Of a stretch of 55,909 bases of DNA, positions 46,896-55,909 are shown piece after piece (position 1 is the stretch's first letter; every line of letters begins with the position of its first letter). The notes below the pieces were generated by a model. That model was given only the letters and a program-made list of their open reading frames with translations. It did no database searches and was not told the DNA's origin. Origin of the DNA: Polyangiaceae bacterium (GTDB lineage: Bacteria; Myxococcota_A; Polyangia; Polyangiales; Polyangiaceae); NCBI GenBank assembly GCA_044222475.1, contig JBGANF010000044.1:1-55909 (forward strand). Reading direction: 5' to 3'. Made by a program: the position numbers and the translations under genes.

Positions 46896-47378
46896 CTACC
46901 TGCGCACGCGGCGCAAGGAGCCGTGGGCGGTCACGCCGCCGCCCGCGGAGTCGCGCCAGTCGAACTCCAGCTGATCGCCCGATGCGTGGACGCTCACGAA
47001 CCCCAGCGTCGCGCACGTGTTCGTCCCGTACGCGATGTTCTCGATGCCGGACCACGAGCGAGCGCCGCTCGATCCGAGCCGCCACTCGCCCCCGCATTGG
47101 AGCTGCGGGTAGGCCACCCGCACCGTCAGCGTTCCGTCCGACGCGGCGATGTCGAGCGCGATGTCCGATCGCCGGCCGTTCGACATGATCCCCTGGCCGG
47201 TCCACTTGCCGACGATCGCGTCGGCGTCCGCGATCATCGCGGGCGACACGGGCCCGGCGTCGACCGCCCAGTCGCCGCTCGCGCCGGGCTTCTCCATCGG
47301 CGCCCGCACGAGCGTCCCCGAGCTGCAACCGCAGGCGATCCCGAGCACGACCGCGCACGGCGCACGCCACGACGTCAT
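46896..47378 (-). CDS. Lipoprotein, hypothetical small beta-barrel
   Basis: Signal with CGC; GKWTG; YP.L.CGG.W.L..E.I..G...C; ATGA overlap. Confidence 0.7.
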   Translation of the reverse strand: MTSWRAPCAVVLGIACGCSSGTLVRAPMEKPGASGDWAVDAGPVSPAMIADADAIVGKWTGQGIMSNGRRSDIALDIAASDGTLTVRVAYPQLQCGGEWRLGSSGARSWSGIENIAYGTNTCATLGFVSVHASGDQLEFDWRDSAGGGVTAHGSLRRVRR

Positions 47379-48190
47379 GCGCCCATCTCCTCGAGCTTGG
47401 AGAGCGCCCGTCGTACCACTTGGGGACGAAGGAGCGGAACCGCGTGCGCCACGTCGGGGAGAACCTCCAGGTGGCTCCGCGGGATCCGCTTCGCCAAGCG
47501 CGCGCTGTTCTCCGGCGGGATCAAGATGTCCTCCGCGCCGGTGATCACGACCGCGGGACAGCGGATCTTCGCGTGATCCGCGCCGGTCCAGTTCGTCATC
47601 ACGCCGAAGAACTGACGGAGGAACGTCTTCGCGGTGATCGGATCCTCGGCCAGCGCCGCGGGCCAGCGCGCCAGGTGCTCGTGCGCGCGATCGAGCTCGC
47701 ACTCCGGCAGCAGCAAGCGGTTGTACTTGCGCGACGGTCGGCCTTTCTGCAGCGGCGCCGACAGCAGCGTCGCGATCGTCGACATCTTCGGGAGAATCGA
47801 CCAAGGGTGCCCCGGCGCCGTCGCCATGAGCACCAGCCCCGACACCCGGTGCGGCTGCCGCATCGCGACGTGCTGCGCGATCATGCCGCCCATCGAGATC
47901 CCCACGACGACCGCAGCGTCGACCGAGGCTGCGTCCATGACGGCCGCGACGTCGTCCGCCATCGCCGGCAGGCGGTACGGCCCGCGCGGGCGATCGCTGC
48001 GGCCCGTGCCGCGGTTGTCGAGCAGGACGACCCGGCTGTCGTCCGACAGCAGATCGCGCTGATCGAACCAGAAGCGCGACGACAAGCCGAGACCCTGCAC
48101 CAGGACGACGTTGCGTCGTGCCTTTCCGTTCCTCGGCTCGACCACCTCGTAGTGGACCTTGACGCCGTCCTTCGCCGTCGCGTGCGCCAT
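47375..48190 (-). CDS. Alpha/beta hydrolase
   Basis: DNRGTGRS, GISMGG, GAEDIL, AH. Confidence 0.92.
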   Translation of the reverse strand: MAHATAKDGVKVHYEVVEPRNGKARRNVVLVQGLGLSSRFWFDQRDLLSDDSRVVLLDNRGTGRSDRPRGPYRLPAMADDVAAVMDAASVDAAVVVGISMGGMIAQHVAMRQPHRVSGLVLMATAPGHPWSILPKMSTIATLLSAPLQKGRPSRKYNRLLLPECELDRAHEHLARWPAALAEDPITAKTFLRQFFGVMTNWTGADHAKIRCPAVVITGAEDILIPPENSARLAKRIPRSHLEVLPDVAHAVPLLRPQVVRRALSKLEEMGA

Positions 48191-48198
48191 CGATCGAC

Positions 48199-49458
48199 TT
48201 ACCCGCGGACGCGCTTCACGATCGACATCACTTCTTCTTCGGTGAGGATCTGATCACCGGCCTTCGCGGCCTTGAGGATCTCGGCGGTGAGCGCCTCGTC
48301 GGGCTCGATGCCGCGCTCGCGCAGGTAGTAGTTGACGTTGGACGCGCCGCTCATGAAGCCGATGACGATCTCTTGCTTGCGCCCGAACATGCCGGCGGGG
48401 ACGCCGCTGTAGATGCGGTCGGCGAGCCACGCGTCGCCCTTCTGCATCGCCTTGATGATCGCGGCTGCATGCACGCCGGTCGCGGTGCGGAACGCGTCGC
48501 GCCCGACGAGCGGGTAGTTGAGTGCCACCGTCCAGTTCACCGCGCGGGCGACGGTCTCGCAGTACTCGCACAGCTTCGTGAGGTCCTGGCCTTCGAGCTG
48601 GCCGAGCAGCTTCATGTTCAGGAGGATGAGCTCCATCTGGGCGTTGCCGACGCGCTCGCCGATGCCGAGCGCGGTGCCGTGGACTCGATCGGCGCCGAAC
48701 TCGAGCGCCCACAGCGCGTTCTCGAGCGCGAGCCCGCGATCGTTGTGGCCGTGCCAATCGATCCCGATGTTCTTCGCGCCCATCCCGGCGATGACGCTCT
48801 GGGTGAAGTGGATCAGGTTGCGCACGCCGTCCGGCGTGGCGTGGCCGACGGTGTCCGAGAGGCAGAGACGCGTGGCGCCGTGATCGATCGCCGCGCGGAA
48901 CAAGGTCGTGAGAACGTCCGGGCGCGACCGCGTCGTGTCCTCGGTGACGTACGCGACTTGCAGCCCAGCCTTCACCGCTACGTCGATCGCCTCGGTGCTC
49001 TTCTTGGCGATGCCGGCGACGTCCCAGCTCTCGGCGTACTGCCGAATCGGCGACGAGCCGATGAACGCGTACACCTCGACCGCGACCCCGGTGCGCTGGG
49101 CGATCTCGATCATCGGCGTGATGTCCGAGACGACCGTGCGCCCGGCGCACGCGATCTTGATCTTCATCTTCTGGTCCGCGACCTCGCGGCACATGCGGAG
49201 CACGTCCTCGAACGCCCGCTTCGAGCTCCCCGGCAGACCGATGTCGGCGACGTGGATGCCCAGGTCCTCCATGAGGTGCAGGATGCGCAGCTTGTCGTCG
49301 ATCGACGGATCGCGCACCGAGGGGTTCTGCAGACCATCGCGCAACGTCTCGTCGAAGAAGGAGACCCCCTTCGCCATCAGTCGCCCTTTGCGCCCCACCT
49401 CGTTCCAGTCGTAGACGAACTGGCTCGCGCGGTCCGACTCGGTCATGGCCTCGCTCAT
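48199..49458 (-). CDS. LeuA-family DRE-TIM acyltransferase (2-isopropylmalate/homocitrate synthase-like) lacking the regulatory domain
   Basis: DETLRDGLQ, DTVG, HGHNDRG, GIGERVGNA, GVH. Confidence 0.85.
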   Translation of the reverse strand: MSEAMTESDRASQFVYDWNEVGRKGRLMAKGVSFFDETLRDGLQNPSVRDPSIDDKLRILHLMEDLGIHVADIGLPGSSKRAFEDVLRMCREVADQKMKIKIACAGRTVVSDITPMIEIAQRTGVAVEVYAFIGSSPIRQYAESWDVAGIAKKSTEAIDVAVKAGLQVAYVTEDTTRSRPDVLTTLFRAAIDHGATRLCLSDTVGHATPDGVRNLIHFTQSVIAGMGAKNIGIDWHGHNDRGLALENALWALEFGADRVHGTALGIGERVGNAQMELILLNMKLLGQLEGQDLTKLCEYCETVARAVNWTVALNYPLVGRDAFRTATGVHAAAIIKAMQKGDAWLADRIYSGVPAGMFGRKQEIVIGFMSGASNVNYYLRERGIEPDEALTAEILKAAKAGDQILTEEEVMSIVKRVRG

Positions 49459-49480
49459 GGGCTGAGTATAGCGCGCACCG

Positions 49481-51370
49481 TCAGGCGTTGCCTTCCCCAC
49501 CTTCGGCAGGCGCTTCGCCTTCGCCCTCCGCGGGGGCCTCTTCCGGGGCGCCGTACATTTTCTCGGCGATTGCGAACACCATGACCTCGAGGTTCTGGTG
49601 CGCTTCGCGGATCGCGGAGACGTCGCCGCTCCCGTCGAGGAGGCTCCGCAGATGGTCGGCCTGCTGACGAGCCGCGTCGAGGACGTCGGCCTCGACGAGA
49701 TCGGCGTAGCCGTCGAGCGCTTGGTTCGTCGTGTAGAGGAGCGTCTCGGCCTGGTTGCGCAGCTCGGCGAGCTCGCGCCGCATCTCGTCGGCCTCTTTGT
49801 GCTTGTCGCCTTCGCTGACGAGCCGATCGACCTCGGCCTGCGACAGCCCGCTCGCCGGCGTGATCTTCATGTTCTGCGTGCGGCCGGTGCCGAGATCCTT
49901 CGCCTCGATGCTGACGACGCCGTTCGCGTCGATCTTGAACGTGACCTGAATCTTCGGCACGCCGCGCGGCGCCGGAGGGATGCCGGTGAGCTCGAACCGC
50001 GTGAGGGACCGGTTGTCGGCCGCCATCTTTCGTTCGCCCTGGAGGATGTGGATCGGGACGAACGCCTGGTTGTCGACGCTGGTCGTGAAGATCTCGCTGC
50101 GATCGGTCGGGATCGTCGTGTTGCGGGGGATCAGCGGAGTGAACACGCCGCCGCCGGTCTCGACGCCGAGCGACAGCGGCGTGACGTCGAGCAGGAGGAC
50201 CTCGACCGCGCCGTCGGTGAGGGCGGCGCCTTGCAGCGCGGCGCCGGCCGCGACGACCTCATCGGGGTTGACGCCACGGTGGGGATCCTTGCCGAAGAAC
50301 TGCTTCACCTCGCGCTGGACGGCGGGCATGCGCGTCATGCCGCCGACGAGGACGATGCTCTGGATGTCCGCCGGGGTGAACGCCGCGTCCTTGAGGGCCT
50401 TCTTGCACGGCTCGATCGTCCGTTCGATGAGGTCGCTGGTGAGCAGCTCGAGCTCGGCGCGGTTCATCTGCTTGACGATGTGGAGCGGCTCGCCCTTTGC
50501 GTTCGTCGCGATGAACGGGAGGTTGATCTCGGTCTCGAGCGACGAGCTGAGCTCGTGCTTCGCCTTCTCGGCCCCTTCCTTCAGGCGTTGGAGCGCCATG
50601 CGATCTTTTCGAAGATCGACGGAGTGCTCCTTCATGAAATTGTCGGCGATCGCGTCGACGATGCGCTGATCGAAATCCTCTCCGCCGAGGTGCGTGTCGC
50701 CGTTGGTCGCCTTGACGCTGAAGACGCCGTTCTGGATTTCGAGGATCGAGACGTCGAAGGTTCCGCCGCCGAGGTCGTAGACGACGACGCGCTCCATCTC
50801 TTTCTTCTCGAGCCCATACGCGAGCGCGGCGGCCGTCGGCTCGTTGATGATGCGGCGGACCTCGAGCCCGGCGATGCGCCCCGCGTCCTTGGTGGCCTGC
50901 CTTTGCGCGTCGTCGAAGTAGGCGGGGACGGTGATCACCGCCTCGGTGACGGACTCGCCGAGGAACGCTTCGGCGATCTCCTTCATCTTGGCGAGCACCA
51001 TCGAGCTCACCTCGGGGGGTGACATCTCTTTGCCGCCCGCTTGGACCCACGCGTCGCCGTTCGGTGCTTCGACGATCTTGTACGGCGCGTTCTGGGCCTG
51101 GCGCTTGACCTCCGGGTCGTCGAACTTGCGGCCCATCAGGCGCTTCACCGCGTAGACGGTGTTCGCCGCGTTCGTGACGGCCTGGCGCTTGGCGGCTTGG
51201 CCGACGAGGCGCTCGCCGCTCTGCGGAAATCCGACGATCGACGGCGTGGTCCGCGCGCCCTCTGCGTTGGGAATGATGCGGACGTCGACCTTGCCTCCGC
51301 CCCCGGTGGCTTCGACGACGGCGACACAGGAGTTCGTCGTCCCGAGATCGATTCCGATGACTTTCCCCAT
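49481..51370 (-). CDS. dnaK: Molecular chaperone DnaK
   Basis: [34 protein letters not shown]; full nucleotide- and substrate-binding domains. Confidence 0.97.
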   Translation of the reverse strand: MGKVIGIDLGTTNSCVAVVEATGGGGKVDVRIIPNAEGARTTPSIVGFPQSGERLVGQAAKRQAVTNAANTVYAVKRLMGRKFDDPEVKRQAQNAPYKIVEAPNGDAWVQAGGKEMSPPEVSSMVLAKMKEIAEAFLGESVTEAVITVPAYFDDAQRQATKDAGRIAGLEVRRIINEPTAAALAYGLEKKEMERVVVYDLGGGTFDVSILEIQNGVFSVKATNGDTHLGGEDFDQRIVDAIADNFMKEHSVDLRKDRMALQRLKEGAEKAKHELSSSLETEINLPFIATNAKGEPLHIVKQMNRAELELLTSDLIERTIEPCKKALKDAAFTPADIQSIVLVGGMTRMPAVQREVKQFFGKDPHRGVNPDEVVAAGAALQGAALTDGAVEVLLLDVTPLSLGVETGGGVFTPLIPRNTTIPTDRSEIFTTSVDNQAFVPIHILQGERKMAADNRSLTRFELTGIPPAPRGVPKIQVTFKIDANGVVSIEAKDLGTGRTQNMKITPASGLSQAEVDRLVSEGDKHKEADEMRRELAELRNQAETLLYTTNQALDGYADLVEADVLDAARQQADHLRSLLDGSGDVSAIREAHQNLEVMVFAIAEKMYGAPEEAPAEGEGEAPAEGGEGNA

Positions 51371-51372
51371 CC

Positions 51373-51951
51373 TCAGCTTTCGGCCTTCGCCTCTTCCTCA
51401 CCCTTCGGTTTCGCGACCACGACCATCGCTGCGCGGATGAGCCGCTCGCCCGTCGCGTACCCGGGCTGAACCTCAGCCACTACCGTACCCGGCGGATGGT
51501 CGTTCGTCTCGACCTGTTGAATCGCCTCGTGGACGGACGGGTCGAACATGTTGCCGACCGTCGGAACCCGCGTGATTTGCAGGCGTCCGAGCGTGCCGTC
51601 GAACTGTTTGCCGACCATCGACACGCCCTCGGCGACGGCCTTCACCTCGGTCGCCTTCTGGGCGCTCTGGATCGCGCGCTCGAGGTTGTCGAACACGGGG
51701 AGCAGCTCCTTCAAGAGCTCTTCGCGGCCGGCCTTGCGAGCGTCGTCCACTTCGCGGCGGCTCCGCTTTCGGTAGTTGTCGAAGTCGGCGGCGGTGCGCA
51801 TGTACGCGTCCTTGAGCTTCGCGATCTCGGCCCGCGCCTCGGCGAGTGGGTCAGCCGGGGGATCGGCCGACGCCGGCGCAGACCCCGACGCCGGTGCGCC
51901 GCTCTCCGCACCCGGTTCCTCGTTCTCGACTTCGCTCTTTTCTTCCGTCAT
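51373..51951 (-). CDS. grpE: Nucleotide exchange factor GrpE
   Basis: [42 protein letters not shown]. Confidence 0.96.
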   Translation of the reverse strand: MTEEKSEVENEEPGAESGAPASGSAPASADPPADPLAEARAEIAKLKDAYMRTAADFDNYRKRSRREVDDARKAGREELLKELLPVFDNLERAIQSAQKATEVKAVAEGVSMVGKQFDGTLGRLQITRVPTVGNMFDPSVHEAIQQVETNDHPPGTVVAEVQPGYATGERLIRAAMVVVAKPKGEEEAKAES

Positions 51952-51965
51952 GGCGTTCGCGACCG

Positions 51966-51994
51966 AGAGTAAACACGTCGAGCAGACCCTGCAA
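51966..51994 (-). promoter_or_regulatory. Putative sigma70 promoter for grpE-dnaK
   Basis: Minus strand TTGCAG-N17-TACTCT, ending 14 nt upstream of the grpE ATG. Confidence 0.5.
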
Positions 51995-52024
51995 ACGGTT
52001 CTGCAGTTTTGGCGCTGGATCCGC

Positions 52025-52723
52025 TCACCCCAGCACCTCCGCCGCTTTGGGGACCGAGAAGTAGAGCCCGCGCGCGTAGAGCCGCCGTTGGTCCGCCACC
52101 GGGAGGTCACCCGCGCGCCCTTCGACGGCGTGTGACAACAGGATTGCCGCTGTCACGCTCACGTTGAGGCTGTCGATGAAGCCCCGCATCGGCACGCGAA
52201 CGCGCCGTTTGCACGAAGCCACCAGCTCCTCCGCGATGCCGTCGCGCTCGTTGCCGAGGACGACGCAGAGACGCGGAATCCCGGGCAAGTCGGCCGGAAC
52301 CAGCTCGGCCGCGGGATCGGCGTCGGCTGCGACGAGCTCCATCCCGAGGCGCTCGAGCTCGGCGAGCGCCGGTGCGACCGAGGGGTAGGTCCGGACGTCG
52401 ACCCACTTCTCCGCGCCCTTCGAGACGGAGCCCGCCGAGAGGAACGTCTCCTTTCGCTCGACCACGTGGAGCCGCTGGACGCCGAACGCCTCGCACGTCC
52501 GAAGGACGGCGGCACCGTTGTGCGGATCGTGAGGCGCGTCGAACAGGACCGTGACCGACGCCAGCCGCCGTGAAATCACCTCCAGCAGGCGCTCGCGCCG
52601 TCGATCGGTGACCAACGCCTCGAGCAGGCGAATGACCCGTTCGGGGTCGTGGGACTCGGCTGCGGCGAGCTTCGCGGGGAGGGCGTCGTGCGCCGTGGAG
52701 ACTCCAGGGGTGCGTCTTCTCAT
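52025..52723 (-). CDS. trmH: TrmH/SpoU family RNA 2'-O-methyltransferase
   Basis: [43 protein letters not shown]. Confidence 0.88.
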   Translation of the reverse strand: MRRRTPGVSTAHDALPAKLAAAESHDPERVIRLLEALVTDRRRERLLEVISRRLASVTVLFDAPHDPHNGAAVLRTCEAFGVQRLHVVERKETFLSAGSVSKGAEKWVDVRTYPSVAPALAELERLGMELVAADADPAAELVPADLPGIPRLCVVLGNERDGIAEELVASCKRRVRVPMRGFIDSLNVSVTAAILLSHAVEGRAGDLPVADQRRLYARGLYFSVPKAAEVLG

Positions 52724-52880
52724 CGAGGCTCCGTTCAGATGAACGGCAATATGATGATTTTCTTACACTATTTCTCTAGCAAAGGTTGGGCCGATCGCCG
52801 GGGTCGCGCTACGATGATTATCCCGACTTTTCCGAGGTTTGGGGCCGTCCATCCATTTGAAAACGTCAGCCGGCTAACCC

Positions 52881-55800
52881 TTGTCCCAACACGCCGAAAC
52901 CCAGCTTCCGTCCTTCGCGCCGCCTTCCGGCCGCGGGCGGGCGCGGCTGTCCATCGGACGCACGTTGGCAAGGATCCTCTGCGCGCTCCTGTGCATCGTC
53001 GGCGCCCTTCCGATCGTGCTCGCGCTCTTTCTCAAGTCCTCGTTGGCGAAGGACTGGGCGACGCGTGAGTCCGCCAAGGCGCTGAACTCGCAAGGCGTGA
53101 ACGCCCACTACGACGTGTCGGTCTCGCTCTATCCGCTCGGGCTCGAGCTCCGTGACGTCGTCGTCGACGCGAGCGATGGCGGAACGCCGTTCCTCGAGGC
53201 GAAGCGCGCCACGGTGCGGCCGCGTCTGTTCGCGCTGCTCGCCGGGAAGTTCGTCGTCGACCTGATCGACGTCGAAGCGCCGAAGGCCCGCGTCGTCATC
53301 GAGAACGGCGAGCTGAAGAACCTCGCGGTCAAGCTCCCCAAATCCGAAGGCCCGTCGGGTCCGTTCCACGCGCCGTTCGACGTCTTCGCGATCACCGACG
53401 GCGACGTGGACCTCACGGTCGACGGCGTGCGCGTCGACCTCCACGAGCTCGACGTCGACGTCACGACCGAGGACGACCGGCTCAAGGGGTCGTCGTTCGA
53501 GCTCGCGGTCCGCGCCGGTGTTTCGCACATCATGCGCATCCGCCCGCGGCCCGATGGCACCGGCACGGTGGCGACCGACGAGGACACGATCTGCAGCGTC
53601 GACGCACGCGTCCGGCTCGCGCTCCCGGAGATCACCGTGCGCCACTTGCGGCTCGCCGGCTTCGCCGACCTCGACGAAGCGAAGGGGACGCAGGCGAGCT
53701 GCGATCTCCCGATCGACGGCACGCCGCGCCTCGAGGCCGACGTCTCGCACCTCACCGTCAAGCTCGCCGACGACGGGAAAGCCCCGCCCGATGTCGACGG
53801 GCACGTGCGCGGTCGTCTGCCGATCGCCCTGGCGCAGCGCCTCGTGACGCTGCCCGAGACGGATGGCTACGTCTTCGTCGACGCCGACGTGAAGTACGCG
53901 AAAGGGATGAACCTCCCCGAGGTCCACGGCCACGCGCGCGCCGGCATGATCAAGCTCGATCGCTATCGATTCGCCGACTACGTCGACGTCGAGGTCGACA
54001 TCCACGACAACGTGGTCAAGAGCCCCAAGGCGATCGTCGAGCTCGCTGATGGCCGCGTCACCCTCACCGACGTGCGGGTGGAGCCGCTCAAGCCCGGGAT
54101 GCCGCTCTCGGCCAAGGCCGACATCGTCGACGTCGACTTCGTCGAGCTCATGCGCGCCCTCGGCGTGTCGAAGCACCCGCACGTCGCGTGGAACATCCGC
54201 AACATCAAGATGGCGACGTTCGGGGGCACGCTCGATCCGCTCAAGCTCGACGGCGACTTCACCGCGAACACGCAGACGTTCGCGGTCTACGATCGCGGCG
54301 CGGACGATCCGGCGAAAAAGCGCCTGATCGGGTTCGAAAACGCGCTGCTCGCTGCGCACGTGGCGATTCGCCCCGACTCGCTCCAGTTCCGTAACGTGCA
54401 AGCGACGCTCCCCCACAGCCACCTCGACAACGCGTTCGTCCTCATCGGGTTCCACAACGAGCTCAAGGTCGACGTGCCCGGAGGGTCGGTCGGGCTCGAA
54501 GACATCACGCCGCTCGCCGGCATCCCGATGCGCGGGCGCGCCGAGATTCTCGGGGTCCACGTGTTCTCGTCGGTCCTCGACCCGCACGTCGAAGGCGACG
54601 CGACGATCAAGGACTTCGCCCTCGCCGACATGCCGTACGGCGACGTGACGGCGGCGCACGTCTCGCTCGACGGCACCGTGCTCACGCTCACTGGCGTCAA
54701 GGCTCAGAAGAACAAGAGCCTCTACGAGATGCCGAAGGCTCGGCTCGACTTCGGGTCGGCGGGCATGACGATGGACGCCGAGATCAAGGCCGCGCCGATG
54801 AACCTGCGCGACCTGCTCGACGTCTTTCACCTGAACGACGACCCGCGCTTCGCCGAGCTCGACGCGAACCTCACCGGCGACACGCGCTTCCACCTGTCGC
54901 TCGGTGGTCCCGAGGATCGCTGCGGCGGCGGTTACATCAGCGTCCACGCGAACCCCCACCTCGAGAACATCCTCCTCATCGGCGAAAAGTTCGACGACGG
55001 CGACGCCGACTTCGACCTGCGTTGGCGAGACCGCAACGCCGGCATGCTCGGCGCCAGCCTCGACGTCCACTCGATCACGCTCCACAAGGTGCGGCGCGAG
55101 CGCGACGGTACCACCGTGGGATCCGTCCTCGGATCGGCGAGCATCGACGAGGGCGGCGCGCTCCACGGCAACGCCATCATCGAGGGCGTCCCCCTCTCGC
55201 GCATCCAGACGCTCGGCACGGTCGCGCCCGAGCTCGACGGCACCGTCTCCGGCATCGCTCAAGTCGGCGGCACGATCGACGCGTTCAACGTCACCGTCGA
55301 CGCCGACGTGTCCACCGTCCACGTGCGGCGCGCCGAGCTCGCTCCGTCGAAGCTCCACGTGACGGTCACGCAGGATCCGTCGAAGAGCCCGATCGTCGGC
55401 CACACGTCCTGCGGTGGCCCCGTGTACGCGCTCTTCGACAAGGAGGCCTACCTCAAGGACACGTCGTCGCACGGCACCATCACCGCCACTGGCGATCTGT
55501 TCGGCGGGGAGATCCACCTCGAGAACGTGCAGATGACCCGCCAGCAGCAGGCCGAGATCACGGGCAAGCTCGCGCTCAAGCACTTCGCGCTCTCGGTGCT
55601 GCCCGCGATCACCGCCAACGCAGACGGCTCCGAGAGCGCGCTCGCCCGGCTCGACGGCGAGATCTCCGGCGACGTGTTCCTCGACAGCGTTCGCCAGGGT
55701 GACTACGGCTCGGCGAAGGTGCGCTTCATGCCGAAGTCGCTCCTCGTCGACAAGGACGGCAAGAAGCTCCTCCTCCGCACCACGACCCAACCGATCACCG

Positions 55801-55909
55801 TCGGGGGTGACGTGTTGACGATCCCACCGCTCGAGATGGAGCTCTCCGCCGTCGGCGGGTTCACCGGCATCATCACCATCGGCGGCGCCGTGAAGGACGT
55901 CGTCGCCGG
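52881..55909 (+). CDS. TamB/AsmA-like bridge protein (3'-truncated by the window edge)
   Basis: Not in the ORF track because it has no stop in the window. The frame opens after TAA at 52875 with TTG at 52881: LSQHAET..., one N-terminal TM (ILCALLCIVGALPIVLALF), then about 950 aa of repeated amphipathic beta strands. Confidence 0.75.
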   Translation, partial: MSQHAETQLPSFAPPSGRGRARLSIGRTLARILCALLCIVGALPIVLALFLKSSLAKDWATRESAKALNSQGVNAHYDVSVSLYPLGLELRDVVVDASDGGTPFLEAKRATVRPRLFALLAGKFVVDLIDVEAPKARVVIENGELKNLAVKLPKSEGPSGPFHAPFDVFAITDGDVDLTVDGVRVDLHELDVDVTTEDDRLKGSSFELAVRAGVSHIMRIRPRPDGTGTVATDEDTICSVDARVRLALPEITVRHLRLAGFADLDEAKGTQASCDLPIDGTPRLEADVSHLTVKLADDGKAPPDVDGHVRGRLPIALAQRLVTLPETDGYVFVDADVKYAKGMNLPEVHGHARAGMIKLDRYRFADYVDVEVDIHDNVVKSPKAIVELADGRVTLTDVRVEPLKPGMPLSAKADIVDVDFVELMRALGVSKHPHVAWNIRNIKMATFGGTLDPLKLDGDFTANTQTFAVYDRGADDPAKKRLIGFENALLAAHVAIRPDSLQFRNVQATLPHSHLDNAFVLIGFHNELKVDVPGGSVGLEDITPLAGIPMRGRAEILGVHVFSSVLDPHVEGDATIKDFALADMPYGDVTAAHVSLDGTVLTLTGVKAQKNKSLYEMPKARLDFGSAGMTMDAEIKAAPMNLRDLLDVFHLNDDPRFAELDANLTGDTRFHLSLGGPEDRCGGGYISVHANPHLENILLIGEKFDDGDADFDLRWRDRNAGMLGASLDVHSITLHKVRRERDGTTVGSVLGSASIDEGGALHGNAIIEGVPLSRIQTLGTVAPELDGTVSGIAQVGGTIDAFNVTVDADVSTVHVRRAELAPSKLHVTVTQDPSKSPIVGHTSCGGPVYALFDKEAYLKDTSSHGTITATGDLFGGEIHLENVQMTRQQQAEITGKLALKHFALSVLPAITANADGSESALARLDGEISGDVFLDSVRQGDYGSAKVRFMPKSLLVDKDGKKLLLRTTTQPITVGGDVLTIPPLEMELSAVGGFTGIITIGGAVKDVVA

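Noticed and set aside
49598..51022. 474-aa plus-strand ORF antisense to dnaK
   Set aside because: Long antisense frames opposite dnaK are a well-known shadow effect of codon bias; no independent motifs.
52724..52880. AT-richer intergenic segment as ncRNA or foreign DNA
   Set aside because: Explained by divergent promoters of trmH and the TamB-like gene (for example TTGGGC-N18-TACGAT); no stable structure seen.
52866..55790. 974-aa minus-strand ORF
   Set aside because: Antisense shadow of the plus-strand TamB/AsmA-like gene, which the ORF track omits because it has no stop in the window.
1..55909. CRISPR arrays, tRNA/rRNA, transposases, prophage or defence genes
   Set aside because: No regularly spaced repeats, RNA gene signatures or corresponding protein motifs seen by eye; tRNAscan, Infernal and DefenseFinder runs would be needed to exclude them formally.

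Overview
A very GC-rich, gene-dense 55.9 kb stretch of chromosome. Gene content (a Glt/Nfs-type envelope cluster, a DUF2378/TIGR02265 protein, many orphan lipoproteins with Asp-Ala-Gly linkers) suggests a myxobacterium, probably Polyangiales; this placement is an inference. About 52 real CDSs can be separated from the many GC-driven shadow ORFs. Housekeeping genes include citrate synthase, pilD, a yciO-like gene, thiD, ftsE-ftsX-envC, grpE-dnaK, trmH and a truncated TamB/AsmA-like gene. I saw no rRNA, tRNA, CRISPR array, transposase or integrase. Most notable: (1) a small Zn-ribbon protein fused to an isolated DnaK/Hsp70 subdomain IIB (35026-35550), lying in a 5-gene block that splits (2) a Glt/Nfs-like trans-envelope cluster (27463-41004) with extra components and no adjacent motor; (3) a coupled operon of response regulator, FlhG/MinD-like ATPase fused to a J-like domain and a RodZ-type HTH, and a GT-C glycosyltransferase; (4) a membrane protein-DUF1800-DUF1501 operon in which only DUF1800 has a Tat signal; (5) a GH94-like protein with a lipoprotein signal; (6) a SurA-like plus POTRA-only lipoprotein pair; (7) recurrent leaderless or short-leader promoter architecture. 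All family assignments come from motif recognition by eye, not database searches.
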